DNA of 64,000 nucleotides from Leptolyngbyaceae cyanobacterium (GCA_965263355.1 CBDHHL010000032.1:3424001-3488000), one strand, 5' to 3'; positions 1 through 10,978 are shown, numbered from the stretch's first letter. Numbers and translations: made by a program. The notes: a model not told the origin generated them from the sequence alone.

Positions 1-1070
1 CCGAGATCGTTGCGTTCTAGATCAACGAGCATAATATGTTCTGCCTGTTCTTTTTGGTTTGTTAATAAGGTTTGGGCAAATTTTTGATCAGTTGCTGATG
101 TGGTACCACGGGGTCTAGTGCCAGCAATGGGGCGAGTTTGGGCAGTTTGTTGTTGAAGTTGTACAAGCCGCTCGGGTGAACAACTAATTACATGTCCCCA
201 GGGTGTGCGCCAGTAACTGGAAAATGGAGAGGGATTAATGTGATTTAGCTGACGATATAAATCCCAAGGAGATCTGTTGGTTTCAGTTTGAAACCGGAGG
301 GAAAGATTGACCTGAAAGACATCCCCTGCATGAATATGGTCTTTGGCTTGTTGTACAGTCGTTTCAAATTGGGTTTGCTCGGAGCATAGCGTGACTTTAG
401 GGGATATCTTGGTAACCCTGGGCGCTGTGGCATAGGTCTGTGGATGTTTTAGCCGTTGCACCATCCTGTCCATGTCTGTTTGGCAAAGAGCAGCTAACCA
501 CAGATGCTGTTGTTGATGATCCAGGATGGCGAACTGTTCGGGTTCGTACCAATAGGCCACTGGAAAGGGTAGGGCATCGTCTCTGAGATAGGGGAGAGTT
601 TCTATTTCCCACGCGGTATCAAACCCCAACCAGCCTAACCAGCCACCAATAAAGGGCAGGTGCTTGGGAGGTGTCTCCGATGATGTGGATATATCCGATG
701 ATGTGGATATATCCGATGATGTGGATATATCCGATGATGTGGATATATCCGATGATGTGGATATAATTGAGTCCGAATCTTGACCTCGTAGTAATTTCTC
801 TAGGGTGGGTAAAATCTCACCGATGGCGGGGGTAAAAATTTGAAGCTGGCCGTTTATTTGTCGAGGCCCCCCAGCGCATAGAGAATAACGAATTAAATCT
901 TGTGGGGCTCCATCGACCCGATCAGGACTTTCTAGCAGAGTTGCGATCTCAGACGAACAAAACAGTGCTGCAAATACATCAGTGCCACTACGGTGCTCGA
1001 GATCGAGTCGGTGCCAGTACCTAGGCAATAAATGTTGCTGGGTATGCGACTGTGGAGATGAAAGGATCAA
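1..1070 (-). CDS. Anthranilate synthase / aminodeoxychorismate synthase component I family protein (3' end outside window)
   Basis: Manual translation of the minus strand gives LPFIGGWLGWLGFD, AGDVFQVNLS, SCSPERL, TRPIAGTRPRG, KEQAEHIMLVDLERNDLG. Not in the ORF track because no stop lies in the window. Start is TTG 1070 or TTG 1028 (uncertain). Confidence 0.9.
   Translation of the reverse strand, partial: MILSSPQSHTQQHLLPRYWHRLDLEHRSGTDVFAALFCSSEIATLLESPDRVDGAPQDLIRYSLCAGGPRQINGQLQIFTPAIGEILPTLEKLLRGQDSDSIISTSSDISTSSDISTSSDISTSSDISTSSETPPKHLPFIGGWLGWLGFDTAWEIETLPYLRDDALPFPVAYWYEPEQFAILDHQQQHLWLAALCQTDMDRMVQRLKHPQTYATAPRVTKISPKVTLCSEQTQFETTVQQAKDHIHAGDVFQVNLSLRFQTETNRSPWDLYRQLNHINPSPFSSYWRTPWGHVISCSPERLVQLQQQTAQTRPIAGTRPRGTTSATDQKFAQTLLTNQKEQAEHIMLVDLERNDL
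676..765. repeat. 5 x 18-bp perfect tandem repeat (TCCGATGATGTGGATATA), encoding ISTSSD repeats in frame
   Basis: Read directly: units start at 676, 694, 712, 730 and 748. Confidence 0.95.
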
Positions 1071-1121
1071 TGGGAAATAGGTGATGAGAAATGGGTAAAA
1101 CTGTAGGATGAAATTAAAAAT

Positions 1122-2033
1122 TTATGTTGGATTACCTAGCGCCAAACGTCCCCACCAAAAGAAAACCAGACTGATCAGAAAGACCCAATCCCACCAGCGC
1201 AGCTGTAGCTGATGCCACTGAACCTGGTGATTGTCTGGGCTAGTAAAGCCACGTACCTTCATCGCCCCAGCAATCTGCTGTGCCCGCAACAGTAGGTTAT
1301 CCAACAACCGCTCTGCCACCATTAGCCAAATTTGACTAGCATGACGCCAGCCTAATTTACGCCAATTAATTGCACGGGTTCGTACGGAGCGCACAAGGTT
1401 TTGCACTTCTTCTAAGACCAGGGGAATAAAACGAAGCGCGAGGGTCAGGGTCAAGGCAATTTCAGTTACCGGTAACTTAAACCAACGCAGAGGCGACATC
1501 AGCTCTTCGAGGGCTGCAGTGATTTCTTCAGGAGCCGTAGTCAGTAGAAATAAATTGGTACTGTAAATCAAGGTGAATAGCAGTGTACCCACCTTGATTG
1601 CTAGTTTTCGTGACTTTTGCGTGATATGTACCCAATGTAAATCGGCGATCACATAGTGATAGTTGGTGTCTGGTAATGTTCCTACAGTCTCAAAGGGATC
1701 GTCAAGGGTGGCAAGCTGATCTGGCGTCGGCCATCGAGGTTCGGTAATGACGGCAATTCCATCCGGCATTACTAAAATTAGCAAGGATGCCAGAGTAAAA
1801 AGAATTAGCAATCCCCCCATCTGCTGCCGCCACACTCGCCAGGGAATTCTTGCCGTTAACGTTATTCCCATCAACACGAGTACGAGGGCAATGCGCCAAG
1901 TCGTGCTTGCCAAAACTGGTGTTAACAAAAAACTCAGCAACCATGCCAGTTTTACCCGTGCATCAATGCGATGCAGCCAGGTGATTGGCTGTTCCAGGTA
2001 TAAACCGATGGGTAGGGAACGGAGTAGATCCAT
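1122..2033 (-). CDS. ECF transporter transmembrane component (EcfT/CbiQ, Ycf92-like)
   Basis: MDLLRSLPIGLYLEQP start, LALRFIP and AMKVRGF motifs, multiple TM segments, downstream of der. Confidence 0.9.
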   Translation of the reverse strand: MDLLRSLPIGLYLEQPITWLHRIDARVKLAWLLSFLLTPVLASTTWRIALVLVLMGITLTARIPWRVWRQQMGGLLILFTLASLLILVMPDGIAVITEPRWPTPDQLATLDDPFETVGTLPDTNYHYVIADLHWVHITQKSRKLAIKVGTLLFTLIYSTNLFLLTTAPEEITAALEELMSPLRWFKLPVTEIALTLTLALRFIPLVLEEVQNLVRSVRTRAINWRKLGWRHASQIWLMVAERLLDNLLLRAQQIAGAMKVRGFTSPDNHQVQWHQLQLRWWDWVFLISLVFFWWGRLALGNPT

Positions 2034-2038
2034 TGTGG

Positions 2039-3400
2039 TTAAACCTTCGTTGCTCGATTAGGACTTTCTCGGTCGAGATCGCGGATTTTCTTGCCGCGCC
2101 ATAACAGACGAATAGGCGTGCCTTCATAGCCGAGGTTTTCACGAAACTGACGTTCTATATATCGACGATAGTTGTCGGTAAATAGCTTGGCTGAATTAAC
2201 GAATAACGTAAATGTGGGTGGCCGGACACTAACCTGGGTGCCGTAGTAGATACGTCCCTGTTTACCCTGGCGGGTAGTTGGTGGCGAATGCCAGCTGATA
2301 GCGTCTTCAAGCACCTCATTCACCACAGCGGTGCTAACACGACGGCGGTGTTGCTCTACTGCCTGATCAACGGCATCTAAAATCTTAGGAACTCTCTGGC
2401 CAGTAAGGGCGCTGACATAGATCCGTGTGGCCCAGTCTAAAAAGTAAATTTTGCCCCCCAGCTTTTTGTCGTACTCGTAAATGGTGTGGCTATCTTTTTC
2501 AATGGCATCCCACTTATTTACCACAATGATGCAGGCGCGACCTTCGTCTTCAATGCGACCTGCCAACTTTTGGTCTTGTTCAGTCATGCCATCCAGGGCA
2601 TCGATTACTAATAGCACTACATCGGCCCGACGAATGGCCTTAAATGAGCGGTTGATGCTGAAAAATTCAGGTCCATAATCAACGTTTTTCTTTTTGCGAA
2701 TCCCAGCGGTATCAATTAGGCGATAAACAGTTTCTTTGCGGCGTACCACCATGTCGATGGTGTCGCGAGTGGTACCCGATACGTTGCTAACAATGGCCCG
2801 ATTTTCACCAACAAACGCATTGAGCAAACTGGATTTCCCGACATTGGGACGACCCACAATGGCTACCTTGATTTCATCGTCCTCTTCAAGGTCATCGGTG
2901 GAGGGTAGGTGGTTCACCAGCTCGTCCAGCAGATCCCCAGTGCCGTTGCCGTGAATGCCTGATACTGCATGGGGTTCGCCGAAACCCAGTTCCCAAAACT
3001 CAGCGGCCTGGATCAGCCCTTGATCCTCAGACTCACATTTATTGACGGCCAGTAATACGGGGACCGACTGCTGCCGTAGCCAGGAGGCAATTTCGCGATC
3101 GCTTTCGTTCAAGCCTTCTTGACCATCGACAACAAACACGGCAGCTTTAGCTTCAGCCAGGGCAAGCATGGCCTGTTCACGGATGTGGGGTAAAAATTCA
3201 GAGTCGTCGTCAAACACCAGGCCACCGGTATCGACGACCATAAAGTCGCGATCTTGCCAGAAGGCGGGTTGGTAGGTGCGATCGCGAGTCACCCCTGGCT
3301 GGTCATAGACAATCGCCTCCCGTGCCCCAGCCAAACGATTGACCAGGGTGGATTTGCCCACATTGGGACGACCAATAATTGCAACAACGGGCAAAGCCAT
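2039..3400 (-). CDS. der: Ribosome biogenesis GTPase Der (EngA)
   Basis: Two GRPNVGKS P-loops, DTGG/DTAG and NKCE/NKWD motifs, C-terminal KH-like domain. Start trimmed to ATG 3400 ([10 protein letters not shown]). Confidence 0.97.
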   Translation of the reverse strand: MALPVVAIIGRPNVGKSTLVNRLAGAREAIVYDQPGVTRDRTYQPAFWQDRDFMVVDTGGLVFDDDSEFLPHIREQAMLALAEAKAAVFVVDGQEGLNESDREIASWLRQQSVPVLLAVNKCESEDQGLIQAAEFWELGFGEPHAVSGIHGNGTGDLLDELVNHLPSTDDLEEDDEIKVAIVGRPNVGKSSLLNAFVGENRAIVSNVSGTTRDTIDMVVRRKETVYRLIDTAGIRKKKNVDYGPEFFSINRSFKAIRRADVVLLVIDALDGMTEQDQKLAGRIEDEGRACIIVVNKWDAIEKDSHTIYEYDKKLGGKIYFLDWATRIYVSALTGQRVPKILDAVDQAVEQHRRRVSTAVVNEVLEDAISWHSPPTTRQGKQGRIYYGTQVSVRPPTFTLFVNSAKLFTDNYRRYIERQFRENLGYEGTPIRLLWRGKKIRDLDRESPNRATKV

Positions 3401-3524
3401 GGGAAATCGGTAAATAACGAGCAGACGACCATTGTAACAATTTGTGCCAGATGGCGACTTTTCCTTTCCTTTGGACTTTGTTTCTATTTTGTACAATGGC
3501 AGCATCAATGCCTAGGGCTTGCCT

Positions 3525-4492
3525 ATGACTTTACCCACTGGCCATTCCATACCCCAAATGCAGCCACCCCTCTCCCCCCGCGAAACGCTGCCTACCATGT
3601 ATGACCTGCCCAGCGAATTCCCTGAGGAGCCCGGTTTGCCTGACGAATTTCATGATTACCAACCCCAGCTTTTGAGCCGCACCCTATCCCTAGATGTCTG
3701 TGCTGCCGATAATCGCTTCACTGGGACAGATATTAATGTTTACTATGATGTTCACCATCCCCTGTGGCACAAGCGTCCGGATTGGTTTTTGGCACTGAAC
3801 GTTCCCCGTCTATATGATGGCCATGACTTACGCCAGAGCTATGTGGTTTGGCAAGAAGGACAGGCACCCACCATTGTGGTTGAGTTTCTCTCCCCCAAGA
3901 CTGAAAAGGAAGATTTGGGGCGGTTTTACAGGGAAAGCGACTTGATTGAAGACAGCAGTCCAGACCCCGTAGAAGCATCTCAGAACGGTTCAAAGCAAAA
4001 GCCTCCAGCTAAGTTTATTGTCTATGAGCGCTATCTGCGAGTGCCCCATTACCTCGTCTACAGTCGCTACACCAAGCGATTACGCTACTTCAAGCTAGTG
4101 GGCGTTCGCTATGAAGAGCAAACAGTGCAATCTGAGACACCCATGATTTGGTTTGAGGATCTCAACATTGGCTTAGGACTATGGGAAGGGTATTTTGAAG
4201 GTCTGCCTGAGTCCTGGTTACGGTGGTGTGATGCCCATGGAAACTGGTATTTCACTGACACCGAAAAAGCAGAAGCTGACAAGGCACAAGCAGAAGCTGA
4301 CAAGGCACAAGCAGAAGCTGACAAGGCACAAGCAGAAGCTGACAAGGCACAAGCAGAAGCTGAGAAGCTGACAAGGCACAAGCAGAAGCTGACAAGGCAC
4401 AAGCAGAAGCTGACAAGGCACAAGTACAACAGCAAGCTGAGCGTCTTGCTCAGCGTCTCAGAGAGCTGGGCATCGATCCAGAGTCCATCTAA
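3525..4492 (+). CDS. Uma2 family (DUF820) endonuclease-like protein with coiled-coil repeat tail; frameshifted near the 3' end
   Basis: LPTMYDLPSE, RPDWF, VEFLS and WLRW motifs. The canonical ending AERLAQRLRELGIDP lies in another frame ending at TAA 4490-4492, after an 8-bp duplication at 4356-4371. Confidence 0.85.
4268..4423 (+). repeat. ~7 x 21-bp tandem repeat (AGCAGAAGCTGACAAGGCACA; AEADKAQ) interrupted by an 8-bp duplication
   Basis: Read directly from the sequence. Confidence 0.93.
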
Positions 4493-4510
4493 ATGTTCAA
4501 ATCATGCAAA

Positions 4511-5191
4511 TCAAAGCACGGCTTGCATGTCTGTTTTGGCTTCGCGACGGAGCTGTTTAGAAATGCGAAATAACTCCTGACCCGTATGCAGATAGCTATC
4601 GTCATAGGTGTAAGTAAAGCGTTCGATTTCTTCGATACCATCTTCTAGCTGATTGAGGCAGTAGTAGATATTGGCGGCTACGCTTGCTGCTTGGGATGGA
4701 TTGGGCATGGACTTGAATTTCTGTTTTGCTTTTTCCAGGGCCTCACGACAGTCTTCTAGGTATTCCTGAAATACTTCCATTAGCTCGTCATCAAAGGGAT
4801 CCGCTGATAGTTCGCGCACTTCCGCTTTAAGGGGGCTAATAATTTGGCCTATCAGTCGGTCAATGGGATTGTAAACGCTACGGATCCAGGTGGTGAGAGC
4901 ATCGTCTGCTTTTTTGTTGGCTTTGCGACGTTGCTGGTATTGGGTGTTAAGCTCACTAGAGCGTTGTGCCCTACCAACGTCTCGCTGGGAGTCATAACGT
5001 TTACGTGCGGTGGGATCCCCTAGCACTTCATAGGCGGCATTAATTTCAGAAATCCGCTCATGGTCCCCTTGCCTATCTGCTCGACTATCCGGGTGGTGCT
5101 GCTTGGCCAGGCGGTGATAAGCCCGTTTGATGTCCGCCTGGGAGGCAGACTCATGCAGCTCAAGGATTTTGTAGTGGTTTGCAGTTGCCAT
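4511..5191 (-). CDS. J-domain (DnaJ-like) protein
   Basis: N-terminal J domain with HPD motif and INAAYEVL; helical C-terminus typical of cyanobacterial J proteins. Confidence 0.9.
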   Translation of the reverse strand: MATANHYKILELHESASQADIKRAYHRLAKQHHPDSRADRQGDHERISEINAAYEVLGDPTARKRYDSQRDVGRAQRSSELNTQYQQRRKANKKADDALTTWIRSVYNPIDRLIGQIISPLKAEVRELSADPFDDELMEVFQEYLEDCREALEKAKQKFKSMPNPSQAASVAANIYYCLNQLEDGIEEIERFTYTYDDSYLHTGQELFRISKQLRREAKTDMQAVL

Positions 5192-5510
5192 GACCAGGGG
5201 TTAGAGCAGTCGATATATCAGCCTTGTGGACTATGTTCGCGTCACTATATTTTACGGGCAAAAGTATTGGGGGGAAAGGCAAGGTGAGAGATAGAGGTGA
5301 GTCTTAACCCGCTTGACAAACCGGGCAGTAGTAAAATCGTCGACTATTGGCAAATTCTTTGATAATCGTCGTCTCGCATATACGTCAAGGATGAGCAGCG
5401 CGGCTAAATACCCAGTGACGATACTGAGAGCGCTTTTGACCCTGGGCTTTGAGTTTATTGGCCAGGTCTAAATCGTTGTTAATATGGAGGGCCTTCAGAC
5501 ATGGGGCAAT

Positions 5511-7913
5511 CTATTCTTTATGCCAGAGCTTAATGGTTTTGTCGGAACTGGCGCTGGCCATGTATCGACCGTTGGGATGAATTGCGATCGCAGTCACCGA
5601 ATTACCATGTTCTGAAAACGTTTCCACCAGCTCCCCAGTTTTGGTATCCCAAACCTTGATACAGCTATCACCACCGGCACTAATGACAGTGCGTTGGTTG
5701 GGTGCGATCGCCACTGCATTAACCTCACCCCTATGCCCTTTGAGGGTATGGATTAAATTGCCAGACCGCAGACTCCAAAGCTTAATACATCGATCCTTAC
5801 TGGCACTCACAATCAAGCGACCATCCACACTAATAGCAATATCAGTCACTGAATTTAAGTGCCCCGACAATACACGAAAAACCTCGCCAGTACCCAGCTG
5901 CCAAAGCCTAATCTTATTATCAAAGCCACCGCTGACCACCAACGCTTCATCTGGGGAAATATCGACACAGCGAATCATTCCCGCATTACCTGACAGGACC
6001 TTGGCGAGTTTTCCCTGCTCTAAATTCCACACACCAACGGTACGATCTTCGCTGCCGCTAATCAATAAAGATCCTCGCCGACCGATGGCAATGGATGTCA
6101 CATCATGACGATGCCCCTTAAGTACATGTAAGAGTTGGCCGGTAGCTGTATTCCAAACTCGAATAGTGTCATCATCGCTGCAGCTGGCCAAAACCTGCCC
6201 TCGGGGGCTGAATGCCAAGCCGTTAATACCACGGGCGTGGCCAGTTAGCGACGTCGTTAGCGTGCCAGTTTGAATATCCCAAAGGTTAACTGTGTCATCT
6301 AGTCCGCCGCTAGCAAGTAATCTGTAATGCGGGTTAAATGCCACGGTTGAAACCCAAGAGCTATGACCCTCAAGGGTGTGGGTACATACCCAGTTAGATG
6401 GACCACTGCGAAGGCCCGAGGACTGAGATTTTGTGGGCGAACCGATCATCCCGCTAGTCGAACTACGGTTACCAGACGCCCCTAAGGCTGACGCTCCAGT
6501 GGCAGATCGTCCTAGATTAGTTGGTCCAGATGGTTTACCTGAAATTGGACCAACTAAGCCTTTAGATATAGGCCCTTTGGATATAGGCCCTTTGGATACA
6601 GGGCCTTTGGATACAGGGCCTTTGGATACAGGGCCTGATGGATTGCCTGGGGCTGATCTACCCTGCCCTTTGGATATAGGGCCTTGTGATACAGCTCCAG
6701 AATGTCTTCCTGTTGTCGGTTTGGATTGACCTGTTGATACAGCAGGCCCCGATTGTCGTTTATTGGGGAGGACGGCTCTAGGTTTAGAGATGGGGCTGGG
6801 CTGAGAGACAGAACCAGACTGTCCCGGCTGACTGGGGCGATTGGGTGGAGCAGTGGGAGGATGGTCCTGCCTGAACTCTGGGCTCAGCTCTTGGCTAATT
6901 AGCTGCTCACTTAAATTTCGGCTAACGTTTTGTCCTGTGCTGATGGCATCAGACATCAGACTGGTGTCATCAGGGCGCTGCCGAGTCCATCCAGGGACTG
7001 ACCTTTGATAGGCAGGTAATGCTTCCAATTCCTGGAAAACTTCTGCTGCTGTCCGATAGCGCTCGTTGATAAAATCTTTGAGCATGCGGTCTAAAATGGC
7101 AGCCAGTTCAGGGGTGACGGAACGACCGGCGGCAGCTAAATGCTCCTGCCAGAGCCAACGGCCTTCGAGGGGGCTATACAGTTTTTCTGGTTTGCGCCCC
7201 GTCATTAAACATATGCAAGTTGCCCCGAGGCTATAGAGGTCGCTGGATGGATAGGCTTCCCCGCTACGCAATTGTTCGATGGGTGAATAGCCCTCAGTCC
7301 CAATGCGAGTGCCTGTATGGTCCTTTTTATCCGAGAGCGATACCTGCAACTGCTTAGCGATGCCAAAGTCAATGAGAACAGGTTTATTGTCTTGCTGACG
7401 GCAAATAATATTGGTGGGATTGATATCCCGATGCACCACGTTACGCTCATGGATAAATTGCAGCACAGGCAGCATATGGTGCAATAAGCTACGAATTTTA
7501 GCCTCGTCAAAGGGACCTTCCTTTTTAACCTCCTGTAGCAGGGTGTTACCCTCAATTTCCTGCTGTACCAAATAAAAACTTCCTTGTTGCTCAAAATATG
7601 CCAGTAGCGATGGGATCTGTGGATGCTCTCCCAAATCGTTTAGACGTACAGCTTCTTGATTAAACAGGGTCAATGCCTTATCGAAGGTTTTATTACTAGT
7701 CTGGCGCGCAAATTGTTTGATGACACAGCGCGTATTGAGCCGGTCCACATCCTCAGCCAGGTAAGTTTTACCAAACCCACCTTGTCCCAAGGGCTTAATG
7801 GGGCGGTAGCGATTGCGGAGCAATTCTGTCAGAGGGCTGCCACACGATTGACACACAGTCACCCCGTCAGGGTTTACCGGTACCAAACAATCAGGATTTA
7901 AACAGCAGATCAT
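5511..7913 (-). CDS. Ser/Thr protein kinase with C-terminal WD40 repeats
   Basis: CLNPDC zinc ribbon, GQGGFGKTY, HRDINPTN, DFG, a Pro/Ser/Gly linker, then 7 GH..WD-type repeats. Confidence 0.95.
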   Translation of the reverse strand: MICCLNPDCLVPVNPDGVTVCQSCGSPLTELLRNRYRPIKPLGQGGFGKTYLAEDVDRLNTRCVIKQFARQTSNKTFDKALTLFNQEAVRLNDLGEHPQIPSLLAYFEQQGSFYLVQQEIEGNTLLQEVKKEGPFDEAKIRSLLHHMLPVLQFIHERNVVHRDINPTNIICRQQDNKPVLIDFGIAKQLQVSLSDKKDHTGTRIGTEGYSPIEQLRSGEAYPSSDLYSLGATCICLMTGRKPEKLYSPLEGRWLWQEHLAAAGRSVTPELAAILDRMLKDFINERYRTAAEVFQELEALPAYQRSVPGWTRQRPDDTSLMSDAISTGQNVSRNLSEQLISQELSPEFRQDHPPTAPPNRPSQPGQSGSVSQPSPISKPRAVLPNKRQSGPAVSTGQSKPTTGRHSGAVSQGPISKGQGRSAPGNPSGPVSKGPVSKGPVSKGPISKGPISKGLVGPISGKPSGPTNLGRSATGASALGASGNRSSTSGMIGSPTKSQSSGLRSGPSNWVCTHTLEGHSSWVSTVAFNPHYRLLASGGLDDTVNLWDIQTGTLTTSLTGHARGINGLAFSPRGQVLASCSDDDTIRVWNTATGQLLHVLKGHRHDVTSIAIGRRGSLLISGSEDRTVGVWNLEQGKLAKVLSGNAGMIRCVDISPDEALVVSGGFDNKIRLWQLGTGEVFRVLSGHLNSVTDIAISVDGRLIVSASKDRCIKLWSLRSGNLIHTLKGHRGEVNAVAIAPNQRTVISAGGDSCIKVWDTKTGELVETFSEHGNSVTAIAIHPNGRYMASASSDKTIKLWHKE
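6558..6635 (-). repeat. ~5 x 15-bp imperfect repeat encoding GP(V/I)SK in the kinase linker
   Basis: GGCCTTTGGATA(C/T)AG-type units are visible in the sequence. Confidence 0.85.
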
Positions 7914-8224
7914 CTCGATAGACAGGACGGCTAGGGGTGACGCAAGTGGGAACGCTATTCTACTTTACCTATCAACCCATCTTTAGAGTGGTTGATTTTC
8001 GTAATGGATTAGGTAATTTCCGAGGTGTCAGCAAATATTGGCCTTAAGTCGTATCATTTCTTCATAAAAACATTACTTCGGCCCTAAAAAGTCAGCCTTT
8101 GCGGATAATAAGGACTTAACTTTGTCCACGTTCAGAATTGGAGTTTTTCCAGTGAGGAATCTACAGGTTTCACCTTGAACGTGGTTTACAGTGATAAAAA
8201 TCTTTCTACACAACTGACTTTGAA

Positions 8225-9442
8225 ATGACCCTGGCGTCTTCTTCTTCATCTGCTTCTAACGCACACAAAAAATCTAAGGGTCTGCGTCGGGGGGCGATCC
8301 GCCCAGCCAAGGATCTATGTAGTGATTGCGGGCTGTGCGATACCTATTACATTCACTATGTTAAAGAAGCCTGTGCGTTTATCAATCAGCAGATTCCCGA
8401 ATTAGAGGTTCAGAGCCACGGGCGGAGTCGTGACCTGGACCAGGAAAAAGATGTTTATTTTGGTGTCCATCAGCAGATGATGGCTGCGCGTAAGACCATT
8501 CCCCTGGAAGGGGCTCAATGGACTGGCATTGTTAGCTCTATTGCGATTGAAATGCTGAATCGTGGGTTGGTTGAAGGGGTGGTTTGTGTGCAGAACACGC
8601 CAGACGATCGCTTTCAACCGATGCCAGTGATTGCGCGAACGCCTGAGGAGGTAATGGCTGCACGGGTGAATAAGCCAACGTTATCTCCCAATTTGTCGAT
8701 CTTGGAGCAGATTGAACAGTCAGGAATGAAGCGCCTATTAGCGATCGGGGTGGGCTGTCAGATTCAGGCGTTGCGAGCTGTGCAACATGAGCTGGGTTTG
8801 GAAAAACTCTATGTGCTGGGTACTCCCTGTGTTGATAATGTCAGTCGAGCGGGATTACAAAAGTTTCTGGATACCACCAGTCGCTCTCCAGACACAGTGG
8901 TGCATTACGAGTTTATGCAAGATTTTCGGGTGCACTTTAAACACGAAGATGGCTCCATTGAGAAAGTCCCCTTCTTTGGTCTTAAAACTAATCAACTCAA
9001 GGATGTGTTTGCGCCCTCTTGTATGAGTTGTTTTGATTATGTCAATTCTCTCGCGGATCTTGTGGTGGGTTATATGGGGGCTCCCTTTGGTTGGCAGTGG
9101 GTGGTGGTGCGGAATGATACGGGGCAAGAGATGCTGGACCTGGTTACTGATCAGCTAGAGACTCAGCTGGTGATGTCAAAGGGCGATCGCAAACAGGCCG
9201 TGCAAAACAGCATTCCTGCCTATGACAAAGGGATTACCCTACCAATGTGGGCGGCCAAACTTATGGGAGTTGTTATCGAGAAAGTAGGTCCTAAAGGGTT
9301 GGAATATGCTCGCTTCTCTATTGATTCTCACTTCACTCGCAACTATCTCTATGTGAAGCGAAACTACCCTGAAAAGCTTGAAGAGCATGTACCAGACTAT
9401 GCCAAGAAGATTGTGAGTCAGTATCAGTTGCCAGATGAATAA
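8225..9442 (+). CDS. bciB: Ferredoxin-dependent divinyl chlorophyllide 8-vinyl reductase (F420 hydrogenase beta-subunit family)
   Basis: CSDCGLC Fe-S motif, GAQWTGIV, GVGCQ, SCMSCFDY; resembles Synechocystis Slr1923-type proteins. Confidence 0.85.
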   Translation: MTLASSSSSASNAHKKSKGLRRGAIRPAKDLCSDCGLCDTYYIHYVKEACAFINQQIPELEVQSHGRSRDLDQEKDVYFGVHQQMMAARKTIPLEGAQWTGIVSSIAIEMLNRGLVEGVVCVQNTPDDRFQPMPVIARTPEEVMAARVNKPTLSPNLSILEQIEQSGMKRLLAIGVGCQIQALRAVQHELGLEKLYVLGTPCVDNVSRAGLQKFLDTTSRSPDTVVHYEFMQDFRVHFKHEDGSIEKVPFFGLKTNQLKDVFAPSCMSCFDYVNSLADLVVGYMGAPFGWQWVVVRNDTGQEMLDLVTDQLETQLVMSKGDRKQAVQNSIPAYDKGITLPMWAAKLMGVVIEKVGPKGLEYARFSIDSHFTRNYLYVKRNYPEKLEEHVPDYAKKIVSQYQLPDE

Positions 9443-9451
9443 ACTGCACCA

Positions 9452-10159
9452 ATGAGAATTTTACTGGTTGATGATGAGGTAGAGCTAACTGATCCGTTGA
9501 GTCATGTATTGCAGCGTGAAGGGCATGCGGTAAGGGTAGCCCATGATGGTGAAACGGGCTACAGCCTGGCAGTTGATGATGAATTTGATTTACTGATTCT
9601 AGATTGGATGATGCCGGGGTTGAGTGGTTTAGAGATGTGTCGGCGGTTGCGAGAACACCATCTGACCACGCCAGTTCTCTTTCTCACGGCAAAAGACACC
9701 CTTGATGATCGGGTGGAAGGGCTAGATGCTGGGGCGGACGATTACTTAGTAAAGCCCTTTGAACTGCGCGAGTTATTGGCGCGGGTACGAGCGCTATTAC
9801 GTCGTCCTCCCATTCGAGAAGAGATTTCAGAAACAACACTGCAATATCAAGACTTAATTTTGGATAGTCCCAATCAAATTGCTAAACGCGGCGGCAGATT
9901 GCCCCCTGAGCGCACGATCGAACTATCGGAAAAAGAAGCTCAGATTCTTTGCTATCTGATGCAACATCCAGATCAATTACTCACCCATCAACAGATTTAC
10001 GATGCTGTCTGGGGCACCAGCTCTCAACCCAGCAGTAATGCCCTGGCTGCTCAGATGCGTTTGCTACGACGTAAGGTGGAGCATGATGGCGAAGCAACTT
10101 TGATCCATACGGTTTACGGAAAAGGCTATCGTTTTGGTTCTCCTTCAGACACTATGTGA
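9452..10159 (+). CDS. OmpR-family response regulator (RppA/NrsR-like)
   Basis: Receiver domain (LVDDE, LDWMMP, KPF) and a winged-helix end (TVYGKGYRF). Confidence 0.92.
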   Translation: MRILLVDDEVELTDPLSHVLQREGHAVRVAHDGETGYSLAVDDEFDLLILDWMMPGLSGLEMCRRLREHHLTTPVLFLTAKDTLDDRVEGLDAGADDYLVKPFELRELLARVRALLRRPPIREEISETTLQYQDLILDSPNQIAKRGGRLPPERTIELSEKEAQILCYLMQHPDQLLTHQQIYDAVWGTSSQPSSNALAAQMRLLRRKVEHDGEATLIHTVYGKGYRFGSPSDTM

Positions 10160-10261
10160 CAGGCTTGAATTTTGAACTTATGATGTGCATTGTGTGTATG
10201 GAAAGACAACTGTACAAGGTACTCTATATGTAAATTTGTCTGGAACAGATGGCTGCGCTCT

Positions 10262-10870
10262 CTATGAAGCCACTAGACTGTTCGCTGCTTGGTCAAAAAC
10301 TGATTTGGTAATCCCTAACAGACGGGGTAGATCACTAACCGTATAACTATCAATTTGTTTGGTCAAGGTGTTGTCAGCAAATTGAGCAAACTCCCACAGC
10401 TTTCCGTCTGTAACAATTCCATAGACGGGTTGGGTGGTCTCATTAATATGAGACGCTGCAATTAATTCGGCTAAGCATTGCCCCCAACCCTGTTCAAAAT
10501 CATTTCTCTTGGCCTCTACAACAACAATGATAGGGGTCTCCAACATCGTTTTACCTAAAGCTGAGCGTTTGGAAACCAGATAGTCTGGAGTGCCGCTGAG
10601 TTTGCTGTCATAGGTGATGAATTTTTGTACCCAAAGGGAGGTCTGTTGATAATGGTGTTTATAGATCTCTCGCAAAATTGGAAAAATGATGGCCTCGCAT
10701 CTAGCTGCTTCTGACGCAAAAATATCAATATTTTTCTGATTAAAATCGAACTCATCTAAAAAAAACTGAGACGGGCTGTAGTTAGCAGGCTTAATAAAAT
10801 TGAGTTCTTCGTACTTAGTTTGGTACTCAGCTTGTACCTGGGCAATGCTTTTGTAATCGCTAAACGCCAT
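10262..10870 (-). CDS. Hypothetical PD-(D/E)xK restriction-endonuclease-fold protein (common cyanobacterial family)
   Basis: PDY...VVVEAK..FEQGWGQCLAEL...YGIVTDG motif set. Confidence 0.75.
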   Translation of the reverse strand: MAFSDYKSIAQVQAEYQTKYEELNFIKPANYSPSQFFLDEFDFNQKNIDIFASEAARCEAIIFPILREIYKHHYQQTSLWVQKFITYDSKLSGTPDYLVSKRSALGKTMLETPIIVVVEAKRNDFEQGWGQCLAELIAASHINETTQPVYGIVTDGKLWEFAQFADNTLTKQIDSYTVSDLPRLLGITKSVFDQAANSLVAS

Positions 10871-10978
10871 AGCTAGATAGAGGCAAGCAAGGGTTACAAC
10901 GTTGCTGCATACCTCTATTCTAGCTAACTGACTAAGCTGTCACTATTGGCTTGGTTATTGATTAAGCAGTTTGCAATG

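Noticed and set aside
245..612. ORF-track ORFs 245-433 and 397-612
   Set aside because: Alternative frames within the anthranilate/ADC synthase gene, which reads through intact in another frame.
676..765. 18-bp repeats as a mini-CRISPR
   Set aside because: Head-to-tail units with no spacers, lying in frame inside a CDS.
3401..3508. N-terminal extension of Der in the ORF track
   Set aside because: The family start matches [10 protein letters not shown] at 3400; the extension is intergenic sequence.
4109..4435. Cys/Leu-rich antisense ORFs (LCLVSF, SACAL repeats)
   Set aside because: Shadows of the 21-bp repeat in the Uma2 gene.
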